NCBI RefSeq assembly: GCF_018350175.1
Contig: NC_058383.1
Location: 16,308,001-16,372,000 of the forward strand
Source: Felis catus
Taxonomy: Eukaryota
DNA length: 64,000 bases
Direction: 5' to 3'
Each line of letters begins with the position of its first letter. The first letter of the stretch is position 1. Positions 41,917-53,944 of this stretch are shown here, one piece after another. A program made the translations under genes and the position numbers. Under the pieces are notes generated by a model. The model was not told the origin of the DNA. It did not search any database and saw nothing but the letters and a program-made list of their open reading frames with translations.

Positions 41917-43277
41917 TTAAGACAGACATAAAGACATGCATGAAATAAGGCTTGCTTTTAAGTTTTTTACAGTTTGTTGCAAGGGAAAGACTCTCCTCAC
42001 CTAAACAATTGAAAAACTATAGGAAATTCATGCTGTAAGATTTCAGAAATGAAAGAATCCAGGATCAGTAGAAATACTGAGGTGTAAGGAGGTGTCAAGT
42101 TGGTGGATTTTGTGTATTCTCAACAGATCCTTAACAGATTTTTAAATTTCAGACAGAATTAAGAGAAAGTATTCCAGTGGGTTGGAAAAAAAAAAAGCAG
42201 CAAGGGCAAACAGGTTGAGAATAGAAGACACATGGTGCATGTGGGGATCAGAAAAAGAAACTACCTTGTTACAGGTAGGAAATTCAAATAAAAAAGGGTG
42301 ACTTCTAAATTTCCTCCACTGTCGGTGCTTTTTAACAATCCTTTTGCTTTAAGGGACGCACCATACAAACACAGGCACATACAAACAATATATATACCTC
42401 CCCCTCTTCCCTTACTACCTAACCGTCTCCCACCCCCACCAAATACCACCCATTTCATGGGTATAATAACTCCTCAACCCATCAGAATGAGTGTAGTGTT
42501 ACAAATAAGTCCTTTCCCCCATAAGGTAATAGTCGATATTTAAATACAGTTCTGGCATTTTACTTATATTAATTTTCATGCTTTGATAACATATCCTTCT
42601 AAAATATATTTCAATTAAGTGACATAGACAATTTAGAGATGAGTTACCAAAGCTGGAAGAAATTAAATAATTTATCCAAGGACATACAGCTAGTAAATAG
42701 CAGGAACTGGATTTTATCTTCAATCTTATTCTAAGAGTATGCTCTTTCCATCATACCACAAAGATGTGTTTTCTGCTTCTACAAACATCTTCCCTCTTGT
42801 GACTTTTATTTCTAATTTCCATTCTACTTTCCCCATGCTTCTTGCATGCAGTACCAGGGTGAGGAAAACTATTAATTTATTATAGTGTACATTTTTTAAT
42901 ACCTGCATTTGTAGTTCTTTTTTGGGTGTTTTATTTAGTACTTTTTATTTCCTTCTATACCTTCTAATGATTTTGCACTTGGTTACCTGTTTCTTCTATT
43001 TTATTCTTTTTAAAAAATATCCTTATTTGAATTCTATTTTTAGGTAGATAATGTATTAATATTAATATAGTTCATAAACAAAAACATATAAAAAGGTAGT
43101 AAAAAAAAATCTCTCTCCCAGGCTTCTTTCCTCTCTATCTAGCTCTTGCTCCCAATAGATAATCACTATTTATAATTTTTTAGTGTATTTCCCCAAAATT
43201 CTTTATGCAAATATGAATATGGATTTTTATTTTCTCCCACTTTTTTTTTACCTCAAATGTAACATATTGTATAGATT

Positions 43278-43512
43278 TTTTTTTTCATTTTATTTAAAGT
43301 TTATTTATTTAATTTGAGAGAGAGAGAGTGAGAGCGAGACCAGGTGCATAAGCAGGGCAGGAGCAAAGAGAGAGGGAGAGACAGAATCCCAAGCAGGCTC
43401 CGTGCTTTCAGCGCAGAGCCCTACTTGCAGCTCAAACTCACAAACTGTGAGATCTTGACCTGAACTGAGATCAAGAGTTGGATGCTTAACTGACTGAACC
43501 ACCCAGGGGCCC
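43278..43512 (-). mobile_element. Felid SINE
   Basis: Reverse-complement SINE body ending ccacccaggggcccc. Confidence 0.88.
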
Positions 43513-45774
43513 CTCATTATAGTTTTTAAATTTAAAAAATTTTGACATAATTTCAGACTTAAAGAAAAGCTGCAATAATAAAAAAAATTCCTCCCTCTCC
43601 TCTACCTTTTTCTTTCTATAATTTTTCTGGACCGTTTAAGAGTAAGTTGCAGACATGATGCCCCTTTACCTCTAAAAAATTCAGTGTTTACTCTCTAAAC
43701 AAGGGATTCTCTTATGTAATGATAGCACAATGATCAAAATCAGGAAATTAGCACTGACACAATACTGTGTCTAAACTATATACTAATTCAGATTTCATGA
43801 AATGTCCTAATAATGTCCTTTATAACAAAAGAAATTTCAAGACCATGTACTACATTTGTCTTCTATCTTTTGTCTCTTTTACTCTGCAGCAGTTACTGAG
43901 CCTTTCTTTAAATTTCATAACATAGATATTTGGAAAAGTATAAGCTAGTTATTTTGAGAATAAAACTCTGGTCTTGTCTAATGTCTCCTCACAAGTAGAT
44001 TGACACCACACACTTTTGGCAGAGGTAGTACGGAAGGGATACCGGATTCTCAGTGAATCCTATCAGAAGGTACACATTATTGACTCGTTCCATTACCAGC
44101 AATTTTGATAATTTGGTTAAGGTGGTTATCTACCAGCAATTTCTACTAGAAAATTACTATTTCATCCTGAAATTTTTAAGTATCTTGTGGGGGAGATAAT
44201 TTGAGACTATGTAAATATCTTGTTCCTTAAACTTTCATCCACTAGTTTTGGCACTGATACTTCTTGCCTGAATGAATTACATTTATGATGGTTGCTTACT
44301 TTTCTAATCCCATCATTCTTTGTATAAGTTGGCTTTCTACTGTGATGAAGAGGTTTCTCTTCTCATTCATTAATTTGTATCAGGTGGGTTTATTTATTTA
44401 TTTATTTATTTAATTTATTTATTTATTTATTTATTTTATTCAGTAAGTTATAATCATTTACTATTTATTTTAATGCTCAGATTGTCTTAAATTTAGTTGG
44501 GAGGAGCCCTTCAAACTGGCTCTGTGTCTTTCAACATTTCCCTATCATTCTCTGAGCACTTTACTTTTTGGGGACAGAAAAATGTTCTTTCAAGGTACAT
44601 TTTGTGCTTTTCTGTCCCAAGGATGGAATTAACAATTTCTTCAAGGATCCATGGTTCCTTCTAGTGGTCAAACACTGAGCGGCTCTGCTTCTAACCAAAG
44701 GATCTGTAGGGCTGCCGTGTATCATGTTCTGTTCTATTGGTCAAATACGGAGTGTTATGTCTACTTTCTCTTAATGGAGAATGGCATTTAAAAACCAAGA
44801 TGTGGACCCTAGGTGTGTTCAATGCTACTGGAATGTTAGTGGTTTTAGGCCTTCTAAGTGGTTGTACCTGGGAAATAGAGGTATGTATATAATGATGTAT
44901 GTATACATGAACACAAATACAACTCCATAACCATTTCTATATTTAGCTGTATATATTATGAGATTACACTGATACCTCTAATTCCAATCCAACATGGCAG
45001 AGTTTATTTATCATCTCTTTTCATGCTAACTCATGCCTCTGCACAAAAGAAACCTACAACTTAGAGCTCTGTATTTGCAGTTGCTTTTGCTTTTAGTCTC
45101 TGAGTAGAGTCCAACAATTTAGGTTTAAAGGTTAACTCCTTTTCCTGCCTGATTCCTTAAGTGTGGTTATGTCAGTAATTTGAAATACAGTTTAGTTCAT
45201 TTGTTTCTGCTTGTATTCGATTGTAGGCCCTCCCTGCAAACTCTCTCCCTCTCCCTGCCATTCCCTCTTTCTTTTTCACCCATTCTCATTCAAGCCCTGT
45301 TGGCAACCAATCTCAGACTAAATTTCAACCTGGTGTTCCTTTTTTCTCAAATGAGAAAATATACATATATGTATGTTTTTATTTCCTCTTTTCTTACACA
45401 AAAAATAGTGCACTATAGATACTCTTGTATTTTGATTTTTTCACTGAACAGTTTATCCTGGAAATTCCTCCACATCAGTTCATGGTTATCTATCTCATTC
45501 TTTTTCATGGCTACATGGATCTCTCTTGTGTGAATGTTGCACAATTTACTTAACTAGTGTATTAAAAACACTTTAGTTATTTTCTACTCTTGCTATTTAA
45601 ATAATGCTGCAATGAATTATCTTGTATGTATATTATTTTGCAACTGTGAACAAGTCTGTCTGAAGAATCAATTTCTCAAAATAGGATATCTAGTAAAAGA
45701 ATACATGAATCTGTAATTCTGATATATATTGTCAAACTGATCTTTTATAAGGGTTCTATCAATTTACATGCTAT

Positions 45775-46249
45775 AACAATCTATTGTTGCATAACAAACT
45801 ACTCCAAAGTTTAGTAGCTCAAAAGAACAATCATTTATTTTGTTTATAAAATCTGAAACATGGGCAAGACTCAACGAGATTAGCTCATCTTTGTCCCATT
45901 TGGTTTCAGCTGGGATGGTTCAGCTCAACTTTGGGCTGTAGGAATCACTTGTAAGATGGCTTGCTCATATGGCTGACAAGTTGGCTGTCAGATGGTGCTC
46001 AGACAGGGGTCTTAGTTTCTCTCTGCATGGGTCTCTCAACAGGGTGCTTCTGACTTCTTCGTGGGATAGTAGTTGGATCCTGAGTGTAAAATTCCCAAAA
46101 GGACCACCTTTTATGACCAAGCTTCAGCAGTCACATTGTTCACTTCCACTATAGTCACAAGCCTATGAAATTGCCCAGATCCAAGGGGAAGATACAGACC
46201 CTTACCTCTTAATGGAAAGTTTTTCTTTCTTTCTTCATTTCTTTCTTTC

Positions 46250-46285
<36 letters not shown>

Positions 46286-46291
46286 TTGTTC

Positions 46292-46339
<48 letters not shown>

Positions 46340-47584
46340 TCCTTTCATTCTTTTCTTCCTTTTCTTTCTTTCTTTCTTTCTTCCTCTTTCTTTCTTCTTT
46401 TTTATTTTTTTTTTAATTTTTTTGGAGAGAGAGAGAGAGAGGCAGAGGGAGGGGAGAGAAAGAATCTTAAACAGGCTCCACACTCCGTACAGAGCCCTAT
46501 GTGGGGCTCAATCTCACAGCTGTGAGATCATGACCCAAGCTGAAATCAGGACTTGGATGCTTAACTAAGCCACCGAAGCTCAGATGGAAAGAGTTTTCAA
46601 GTCACATTATAAGAGGAGTCTGTGGGATGGGAGAGATTATGCCATTTGTGGAAATACTCTCTGCCACAGTATATCTTCTAGAATATAAAAATTCACATTC
46701 CTCCCACATGCAAAATATACCCATCTTCTTCCCCTAAGCCCCCAAGTTTCATTCCATTATGGCATCAGTTTGAAGTCCAGGATCTTGTCATCTAAATTAG
46801 GTCCACATACAGATAAGGATCTTAGAGTGTAGTTCCTCATGTTTGGTTCCTTGAATGATTTCTGTCTATACTATGACCTGTGAACTAAAGAAGTAGTTAT
46901 TTGGTCCCATCCTGAACTCCTCCCCCCACCCCCAATTTACAGTGGTAGGAAAGGCACAGAAATAATCACTGGAGGTATCCCCATTCAAGTAAATAGCCGT
47001 TCATTGTAGTTCTAAAATGTAGCTGAACTGTGCACATGTTGAGAGGTGTGAATGGGAAGGTTTCATTTTCAAACCCAGTAACTCTCGGTTTCTTTATATT
47101 TAACGGACCTTTTTCTAGCCTATATTTTTCCTTTTACATTTTACTTTAGGTAGCCAGAAGCTAAAGCAATCAGGGATTTCAATTTTCTACATGAAAATCT
47201 CCTTAGATAGATCATTGGGTTCATTAAGTATATTTCCTATTTTCCTTATTATGAAGGTGACAACATTGCCCATTATTTCTTCTTTGAGGATGTTGTTTCC
47301 TCTTCAGGTGGGCTTCTCCAAGGACTGTCTGGTGCTCTTAATGGCAAGGTAGCTGGATTTAAAGCAAGCATCCCAAGAGAATGAGGTGGAAGACTTATTG
47401 CTTTTTGACTTGCCTTTGAAGTCACAAAGCTTTACTTCCACTGGTCACAGACCTGCCCAGAGTCATTGGAGGGAATACACACCTCAATGTCTCTTGATGC
47501 AATGAGTATCAAAGTCACACTGTAAAGGAAGTGTTTCTGATGGGAGATGTTTTGGCCACTTTTCTGAAAAGGCAAGTTGCCACA
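45775..47584 (-). mobile_element. MaLR element (MLT1 LTR, truncated internal region, partial LTR) with a nested SINE carrying a (TTTC)n tail at about 46220-46580
   Basis: LTR motifs ..tattgttgcataacaaactactccaaa.. ending ctgccaca at about 46667. MaLR-internal-like aattcacattcctcccacatgcaaaata follows. A second LTR-like piece ends ttgccaca at about 47584. Confidence 0.62.
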
Positions 47585-48001
47585 CACTTATACCAGCAAT
47601 GTAAGAGAGTGCCTGTTTCCCCAAAGCTTTGCCAAGAGATTATGTGACCAGCTTGTGGAAATATCAAACTCATGGCACATATGAAGCTTGGTGATAAAAT
47701 ATCAAGCTTCTCTAGTTTTATTATTTTTTTTAAGCTTCTCTAGTTTTAATTTAAACTTTCTCTTGTTACGAGTATATTTGACATTTTCTTTAGGATCTAC
47801 CTGAATTTTCTTTCCTGTGAATTGTCTTTTTATGTTATTTGTACATTTTTTATTGGATTCATAATCTCTTATTGATTTAGAGAAGTGTTTTATATATTTC
47901 AAAAATTAGCCCACTGTTAATTTGAGTGGCAAAATATTTTTCATCATTTGACAATGTCTTTTTACTTTGCTTATAGTTTTCTTATCATGCAGACTTTTTG
48001 G

Positions 48002-48009
<8 letters not shown>

Positions 48010-48047
<38 letters not shown>

Positions 48048-48255
48048 TTTTTCAACGTTTATTTATTTTTGGGACAGAGAGAGACAGAGCATGAACGGGG
48101 GAGGGGCAGAGAGAGAGGGAGACACAGAATCGGAAACAGGCTCCAGGCTCCGAGCCATCAGCCCAGAGCCTGACGCGGGGCTCGAACTCACGGACTGCGA
48201 GATCGTGACCTGGCTGAAGTCGGACGCTTAACCGACTGCGCCACCCAGGCGCCCC
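48010..48255 (-). mobile_element. Very young felid SINE
   Basis: Long pure T-tail and intact CpGs. 17-bp TSD actttttgggtattttt at 47993 and 48256. Confidence 0.95.
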
Positions 48256-48359
48256 ACTTTTTGGGTATTTTTAAGGAGTTGAGTCCATCAATCTTTTCTT
48301 TTATGGTTTCTGGATTCCCAGTAATTATAAAACCTTTACTCAGTGAAGGAATTCTCTCA

Positions 48360-50760
48360 TTTTTTAAATTGATATATAATTGAGATACATTATGTCAGTT
48401 TCAGGTATACAACATAATGATTTGACATTTGTATACATTGCAAAATGATCACCACATTAAGTCTATTTATCATCTGTCACCATACAGAGTTACCACACTT
48501 TTTTTTTCTTGTGATGAGTTTTGCTTTCTTAGCAACTTTCAAATTTGTAATATAATATTATTGACTAAAATCCCCCCACTGTACATTACATCCCCATGAC
48601 TTATTTTGTAACTCAAAGCTTATATTTCTTTATCTCCTTCATTCTTTTTGCCCACCTCCCAACTCCCCTCCCCTCTGGCAACCACCAATCTGTTCTCTGT
48701 ATCTATGAGTTTTGGGGTTTTTTTTTTTTGCTTGTTCATTTGTTTTGTTTTTTAGATTCCAGATATAAGTAAAGTCATGTAATATTTATCTTTCTTGGAC
48801 TCATTTCATTTAGTATAATACTCCTGAAGTCCATCTATGTTGTCACAAATGGCAAGACTGCATTTTTTTTATGGCTGACTAGTATTCCCTTGTGCACACA
48901 CACACACACACACACACACATACATACATGTACACACACACTACATCTTTTTAAAAATGTTTATTAATTTTTGAGAGACAGGGAGACACAGAGTGCAAGC
49001 AGGGGAGAGGCAGAGAGAGAGGGAGACACAGAATCTGAAGCAGGCTCCAGGCTCTGAGCTGTCAGCACAGAGCCTGATGCAGGGGTCCAACCCATGAACT
49101 GTGAGATCATGACCTGAGCCAGAGTCTAACGCTCAACTGACTGAGCCACCCAGGAGCCCCCTACATCTTCTTTATCCATTGATGGGACATTTAGGTTGAT
49201 TCCATATCTTGGTTATTACAAACAATGCTGCAAAGAACATAGGGGTGCATATATCTTTTTGACTTTGTGTTTTTGTTTTCTTCATATAGATACCCAGAGG
49301 TGGAACTGCTGGGTTGTATGGTAGCTCTATTTTTAATTTTTTTAAGAGTTTATTTATTTATTTTGAGAGAGAGAGAGAGAAAGAGAGAGGGATGGAGGAA
49401 AGGACAGAGGGAGGGAGAGATCACATGCATGAACCGGGGAGGGGCAGAGAGAGAGGGAGAGAGAATCCCAAGCAGCCTCTGTGCTGTTAGCATATAGCTC
49501 GATGTGGGGCTTGATCTCACGAACTGCAAGATCATGACCTGAGCTGAAATCAAGAATTGGACACTTAACTGCCTGAGCCATCCAGGTGCTCCTATTTTTA
49601 ATTTTTGAGGAACTTCCATACTGTTTTCCACAGTAGCTGCACTAATTTCAATTCCCACCAACAGTGCACAAGGGTTCCCTTTCCTCCACAGCCTTGCCAA
49701 CACTTGTTAGTTTTTGTCTTTCTGATAATAGTCAATCTGACAGGTGTGAGGTGATATCTCAATGTGATTTTGGTTTGCATTTCCCTGATAACTAGTAATG
49801 TCGAGGATCTTTTCATGTGCCTATTGGCTTTCTGTATGTCTTCTTTGGAAAAATATCTATTCAGATCGTCTGTCCATTTTTAAAATCAGGTTGCTTGTTT
49901 TTCTGTTACTGAGCTGTATGAGTTCTTTATATGTTCTGGATATTAACCCATTATCTGATATGTTATTTGCAAATATCTTCTCCCATTCAGTAGGTTCCTT
50001 CTTATTTTATTTTATTTTTAAAAAATATTTATTTATTTTTGAGAAGAGAAAGCAAGTGGGGAGGTTCAGAGAGACAGGGGGACAGAGGATCTGAAACGGT
50101 CTCTGCTCTGACAGCAGGGAGCCAGATGGGGACTTGAACTCACCCGTGAGATCAAGACCTGAGCTAAGGTCAGATGCTCAACTGGCCAAGCCACCCAAGT
50201 GCCTTAATATGTACCTTTTTAATTTTGTTGATGGTTTCTTTCACTGTGCAGAATCCTTTTAGTTTGATGTAGTCCCATTTGTTTATTTTTGCTTTTGTAG
50301 CCATTGTTTCTGGAGTCAGATCCCAAAAAATATCACTAAGACCAATGTCAAGGAGCTTACCATCTTTTTTTTCTTCTAGCTATTTTATGGTGTCTGGTGT
50401 TACAACTTCCATTTTTTTCTTGTAATACTTTTAGGCTTAATTTTTCATATTTAAATCTTTGACCCATTTGAAGACTATTCTTTTTGTTCTTCCAAGTTTT
50501 AAATTCCAAATAGTTAACATACACTGTAATATTAGTTTCACATGTAGGATTTAGTGATTCATCACTTACATAGAATACCCAGTGCTCATCACAAGTGCCC
50601 TCTTTAACACCCATCACCCTTCATCACCCATCACCCGTCATCCTCCCACCTACCTCCCCTCCAGCAACTCTCAGTTTGTTCTCTATAGTTAAGAGTCTGT
50701 TTTATGGTTTGTCTCTCTCTTCCCACCTGCCCCTCCCATGTTCACCTGTTTTGTTTGCAG
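48360..50760 (-). mobile_element. Carnivore L1 3' region with three nested SINEs (about 48950-49160, 49340-49592, 50000-50205) and a further L1 3' piece (about 50480-50757)
   Basis: Antisense L1 3' UTR and ORF2 C-terminus (ORF 49598..49816 [27 protein letters not shown]), with SINE bodies visible inside. Confidence 0.82.
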
Positions 50761-50909
50761 ACTATTTTGATGTAAAGTATGAGGTATGGATTCAACTTTA
50801 CCTTTTTCCAGATGGCTCTCCAGAAATGCCAACATCAATTATTGAATAAACTATCTTTTCATCACTGGTTTGAGATAACAATCTTCATCATATGAAAATT
50901 TCTATTTTT

Positions 50910-50943
50910 CTTTCTTTTTTAAAGTTTACTTAATTATTTTGAC

Positions 50944-51004
<61 letters not shown>

Positions 51005-51130
51005 CCCAAGCAGGCTCCACATTGTCAGAGCAGAGTCTGACACAGGGTTCTAACTCATGAACTGTGAGATCATGACCTGAGCTGAAACCAAGAGTTGGAC
51101 ACTTAACTGACTAAGCCACCCAGGCGCCCC
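50910..51130 (-). mobile_element. Felid SINE with (GA)n expansion
   Basis: SINE reverse complement ending ccaggcgcccc. Confidence 0.9.
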
Positions 51131-51192
51131 ACAAATTTCTATTTTTCAAAAAATATTCAGTGCTTCCTTATGTGACAATCATGGTGCTTGAG

Positions 51193-51339
51193 TGTCATAG
51201 ATCCTGGGTCTAGAGTTCTCTCTTGTTCAGTAAGAGAGCAGGTCGCTGAATTAAAACGCGAGAGAGGCTAATGTTCTGAGGAGACAAGAGCCCTGAGTAA
51301 GGGTCCTTGCTCTGTTTTTATTAAAATCAGAAGTCTTAT
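51193..51339 (-). mobile_element. Partial LTR (R-U5-like part) of a different family, cut at the provirus boundary
   Basis: The minus strand reads ..ttttAATAAAaacagagcaagg..tcttgtctcc..gacccaggatctatgaCA, i.e. a poly(A) signal and a CA terminus. No U3 continuation appears after the 3' LTR. Confidence 0.55.
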
Positions 51340-51637
51340 TGTTGGAGAAATGAATAAAGTGCTGCACTAAAGATGGCCGACGGGACTAAAACAAGCTCTG
51401 GTCTCTAGCTTAGAGACCCCTCTTCCGGGTTCTTCTTGCCCTGTTTGCTGTGAGCATGAAAACCCCCACAGATATAGAAGCTGACAACTATAAATTACCC
51501 TTCCCACTTGCATTCAGGCTCAGATCTTTGGAGAAAGTCTCCTCTGAGCCCGCTGGTGTTAAATAAATCTCTGAACCACCAAGATCTCCAAGTGCCACTT
51601 GTTTTTTCTGCCAGTGTTCCAGCTTGGTTCTGTAACA
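51340..51637 (+). repeat. 5' LTR (298 bp)
   Basis: TGTTGGAGAA...TGTAACA with TATAAA at about 51489 and AATAAA at about 51562. Homologous to 59476-59790. Confidence 0.93.
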
Positions 51638-51641
51638 TATT

Positions 51642-51659
51642 TGGTTGCCTGACCAGGAA
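51642..51659 (+). promoter_or_regulatory. Primer-binding site, tRNA-Glu-like
   Basis: tggttgcctgaccaggaa against the tRNA-Glu complement TGGTTCCCTGACCGGGAA gives 16/18 matches, 4 nt after the LTR end. A candidate splice donor cg|gtaagg follows at 51704. Confidence 0.75.
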
Positions 51660-51984
51660 ACCCAACCGTGCTGTCTCATTGTTGCCACCGGTTTGGAAGA
51701 ACGGTAAGGCGGTGACAGGGCGAGGAATCGCAAAGAAGGCGCGCCCTGCCTGAATTTTGGCAGTCTCCTATTTGGTCGCCTCAGGCTGGCCCCGCTCCGT
51801 CATTCCCACCGGACTCAAAGAGGCTGGTAGGTGAGGACCTGGACCCGACGTCGGAACCAGTAAGGCCGGGGCCCCAAAGTAGTCAGGCCCATCCAAAAGG
51901 GTGGATGGGGGACCTGATCACTCCCCAGAGACTTTAGCACTCTCACGGGTAGAAAATTTTGCAGGAGGGAATGTAATAGCCTCT

Positions 51985-52030
<46 letters not shown>

Positions 52031-52336
52031 TGCGGCTCGGCCAGGCTTGCCAGTCGAGTTTGAGTTTGTAGCTCCATGGACAGGCACCTTTAAGGTCCCC
52101 AAAAGTCTACGGAGTCTGAGTGGGCTCTCCTGTATCGTGGTGAAAGCATACAGTCCAGGGCGGCATCAGAATAGACTCCAATTGCAAGTCACAAAGCTGA
52201 GTCCACTACAGCCAAGCCTCACCTAAAGTTTCCCTTGGGAACGCGACCAGTGGAGTATCTGATTGGTCCTCTCATCTGAGGGGATACCCTCCCTTTGTCT
52301 GTCTCTGCAACACCGAACACGAGAAAGGAATTAATA

Positions 52337-53944
52337 ATGGGGTCAAAATAGAGTAAGCCTATGATTTTAGAGATCATACTCAAAAATTTTAAAAAGGGAT
52401 TTTCAGGTGATTATGGGGTCAAAATGACACCTGGGAAGTTAAGGACATTTTGTGAACTAGAATGGCCCATATTCAATGTAGGATGGCCCCTGGAAGGGAT
52501 ATTAGATGCTCAAATAGTGCAGCAGGTTTGGCTGATAGTCACTGGGAACCCAGGTCACCCTGATCAGTTTCCATACATCAACTCCTAGCTTGAAATTGCC
52601 TGAAATCCTCTGCCTTGGGTGCAATTCATCCATAGCAAGCAGAGCCAGGCAAAGGTTTGAGCTGTTTTATCCAAAGACTCACCCAGGGAGCCAAAGAAGC
52701 AAACCACCACTCCTTTAGTGTTTGCAGGAGACCCAGAGGAAGATCCCATCTTTCCACCACCTTATGACTCACTGGGCTCCCTCCCCCCTTCCCCTGAGCT
52801 TGAAATTCCCCGCCCGCCCCCCCACCCCCCGTCTGTCTCTCCTCCTCCGCTGCTGCTGCTACCCATCCCTCCTTCCCTCCCAGACCCAGAGAACCCTCCC
52901 TACAAGGGCCAGCAGCCAGACTACGCCCCAGACCCAGACCTAACACTCTCCAAATGCCTGTAAGGGAGACGAAAGAGCCTGAAAGACAGAATGAGGACAG
53001 AATAGTCCAGCCCAGCTGTTCCATGATGTATTATTATCAACCTTTCTCTACAACCAACCTCCTCAATTGGAAACATAACACTCCATCATACTCTGAAAAG
53101 CCACAAGCAATGGTCGACTTGATGGAGTCCCTCTTCCAGACCCACTAACCGACTTGGGAAGATTGTCAACAGTTACTCTGTACTCTGTTTAATACAGAAG
53201 ACAGAAGAAGAATGAGAGAAACATGACAGTACCTAGAAGATCACGCACCTCTGGGGATCAATGACCCTGCTGTCTGGGCTCAAGCTGCTGCCCCTGATTC
53301 AATGCCCAACATGGGATTTCACCACAGAAGGAGGACAAGCCCACATCTGACAATACCAGGAAGCCCTCCTTTGGGGAATCTGAACTGGAGCCAAAAATCC
53401 CATGAACATGACTAAAATATTGTCAGTCACACAGCAGCCTGGGGAGTCTCTCAGACACTACTATGAAAGACTATGTGAGGCATACCGTGTATACACTCCG
53501 TTTGACTCCCAGGCACCAGAAAGTCATCAAATGGTAAATACCTCTTTTGTGGCACAGGCTTCCCCAGATATCAGAAGAATACTCCAGAAGTTGGAGGGCT
53601 TTGCTGGGGTGAATATCACTCAGCTGATAGAGGTCACCAATAAAGTTTTCAGGAACAGAGAAGTTGCAGCCGAAAGAGAAGTGGAGAGAAGACTAAAAAA
53701 GAAGGCCACCTTTCTTGCAGCAGCACTGAAAGAAATAGACACTGCAAAGATGGGAAGACCCCAACCACCAAAAAAGGGGAATCCCAGAGCCCCCTTAGCA
53801 AAGGACCAACATGCATACTGCAAAGAGAAGGGACACTGGTAGAATGAATGTCCGAATTGGAAGGGGCCCTCAAAACCCAGCTGATATTGGGAGGAACCTC
53901 GAGGCGAGGACCTCATTGGTCTGGCGAGGATAGAATCAGACTGA
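52337..53944 (+). pseudogene. gag: ERV gag (HERV-E-like MA), disrupted
   Basis: MGSK*SKP..LKNFKKGFSGDYGVKMTPGKLRTFCELEWP; PPPY late domain; CA (YQPFSTTNLLNWK; YYERLCEAYRVYTP); decayed zinc knuckle HAYCKEKGHW*NEC; gag-pol junction stop ESD*GGP at 53942-53944. Confidence 0.9.

Noticed and set aside
46212..46568. Similar low-complexity ORFs
   Set aside because: (TTTC)n SINE tail, not a gene.
52780..52890. C-rich, G-quadruplex-prone tract and proline-rich ORFs
   Set aside because: Explained by the proline-rich region of gag between MA and CA.
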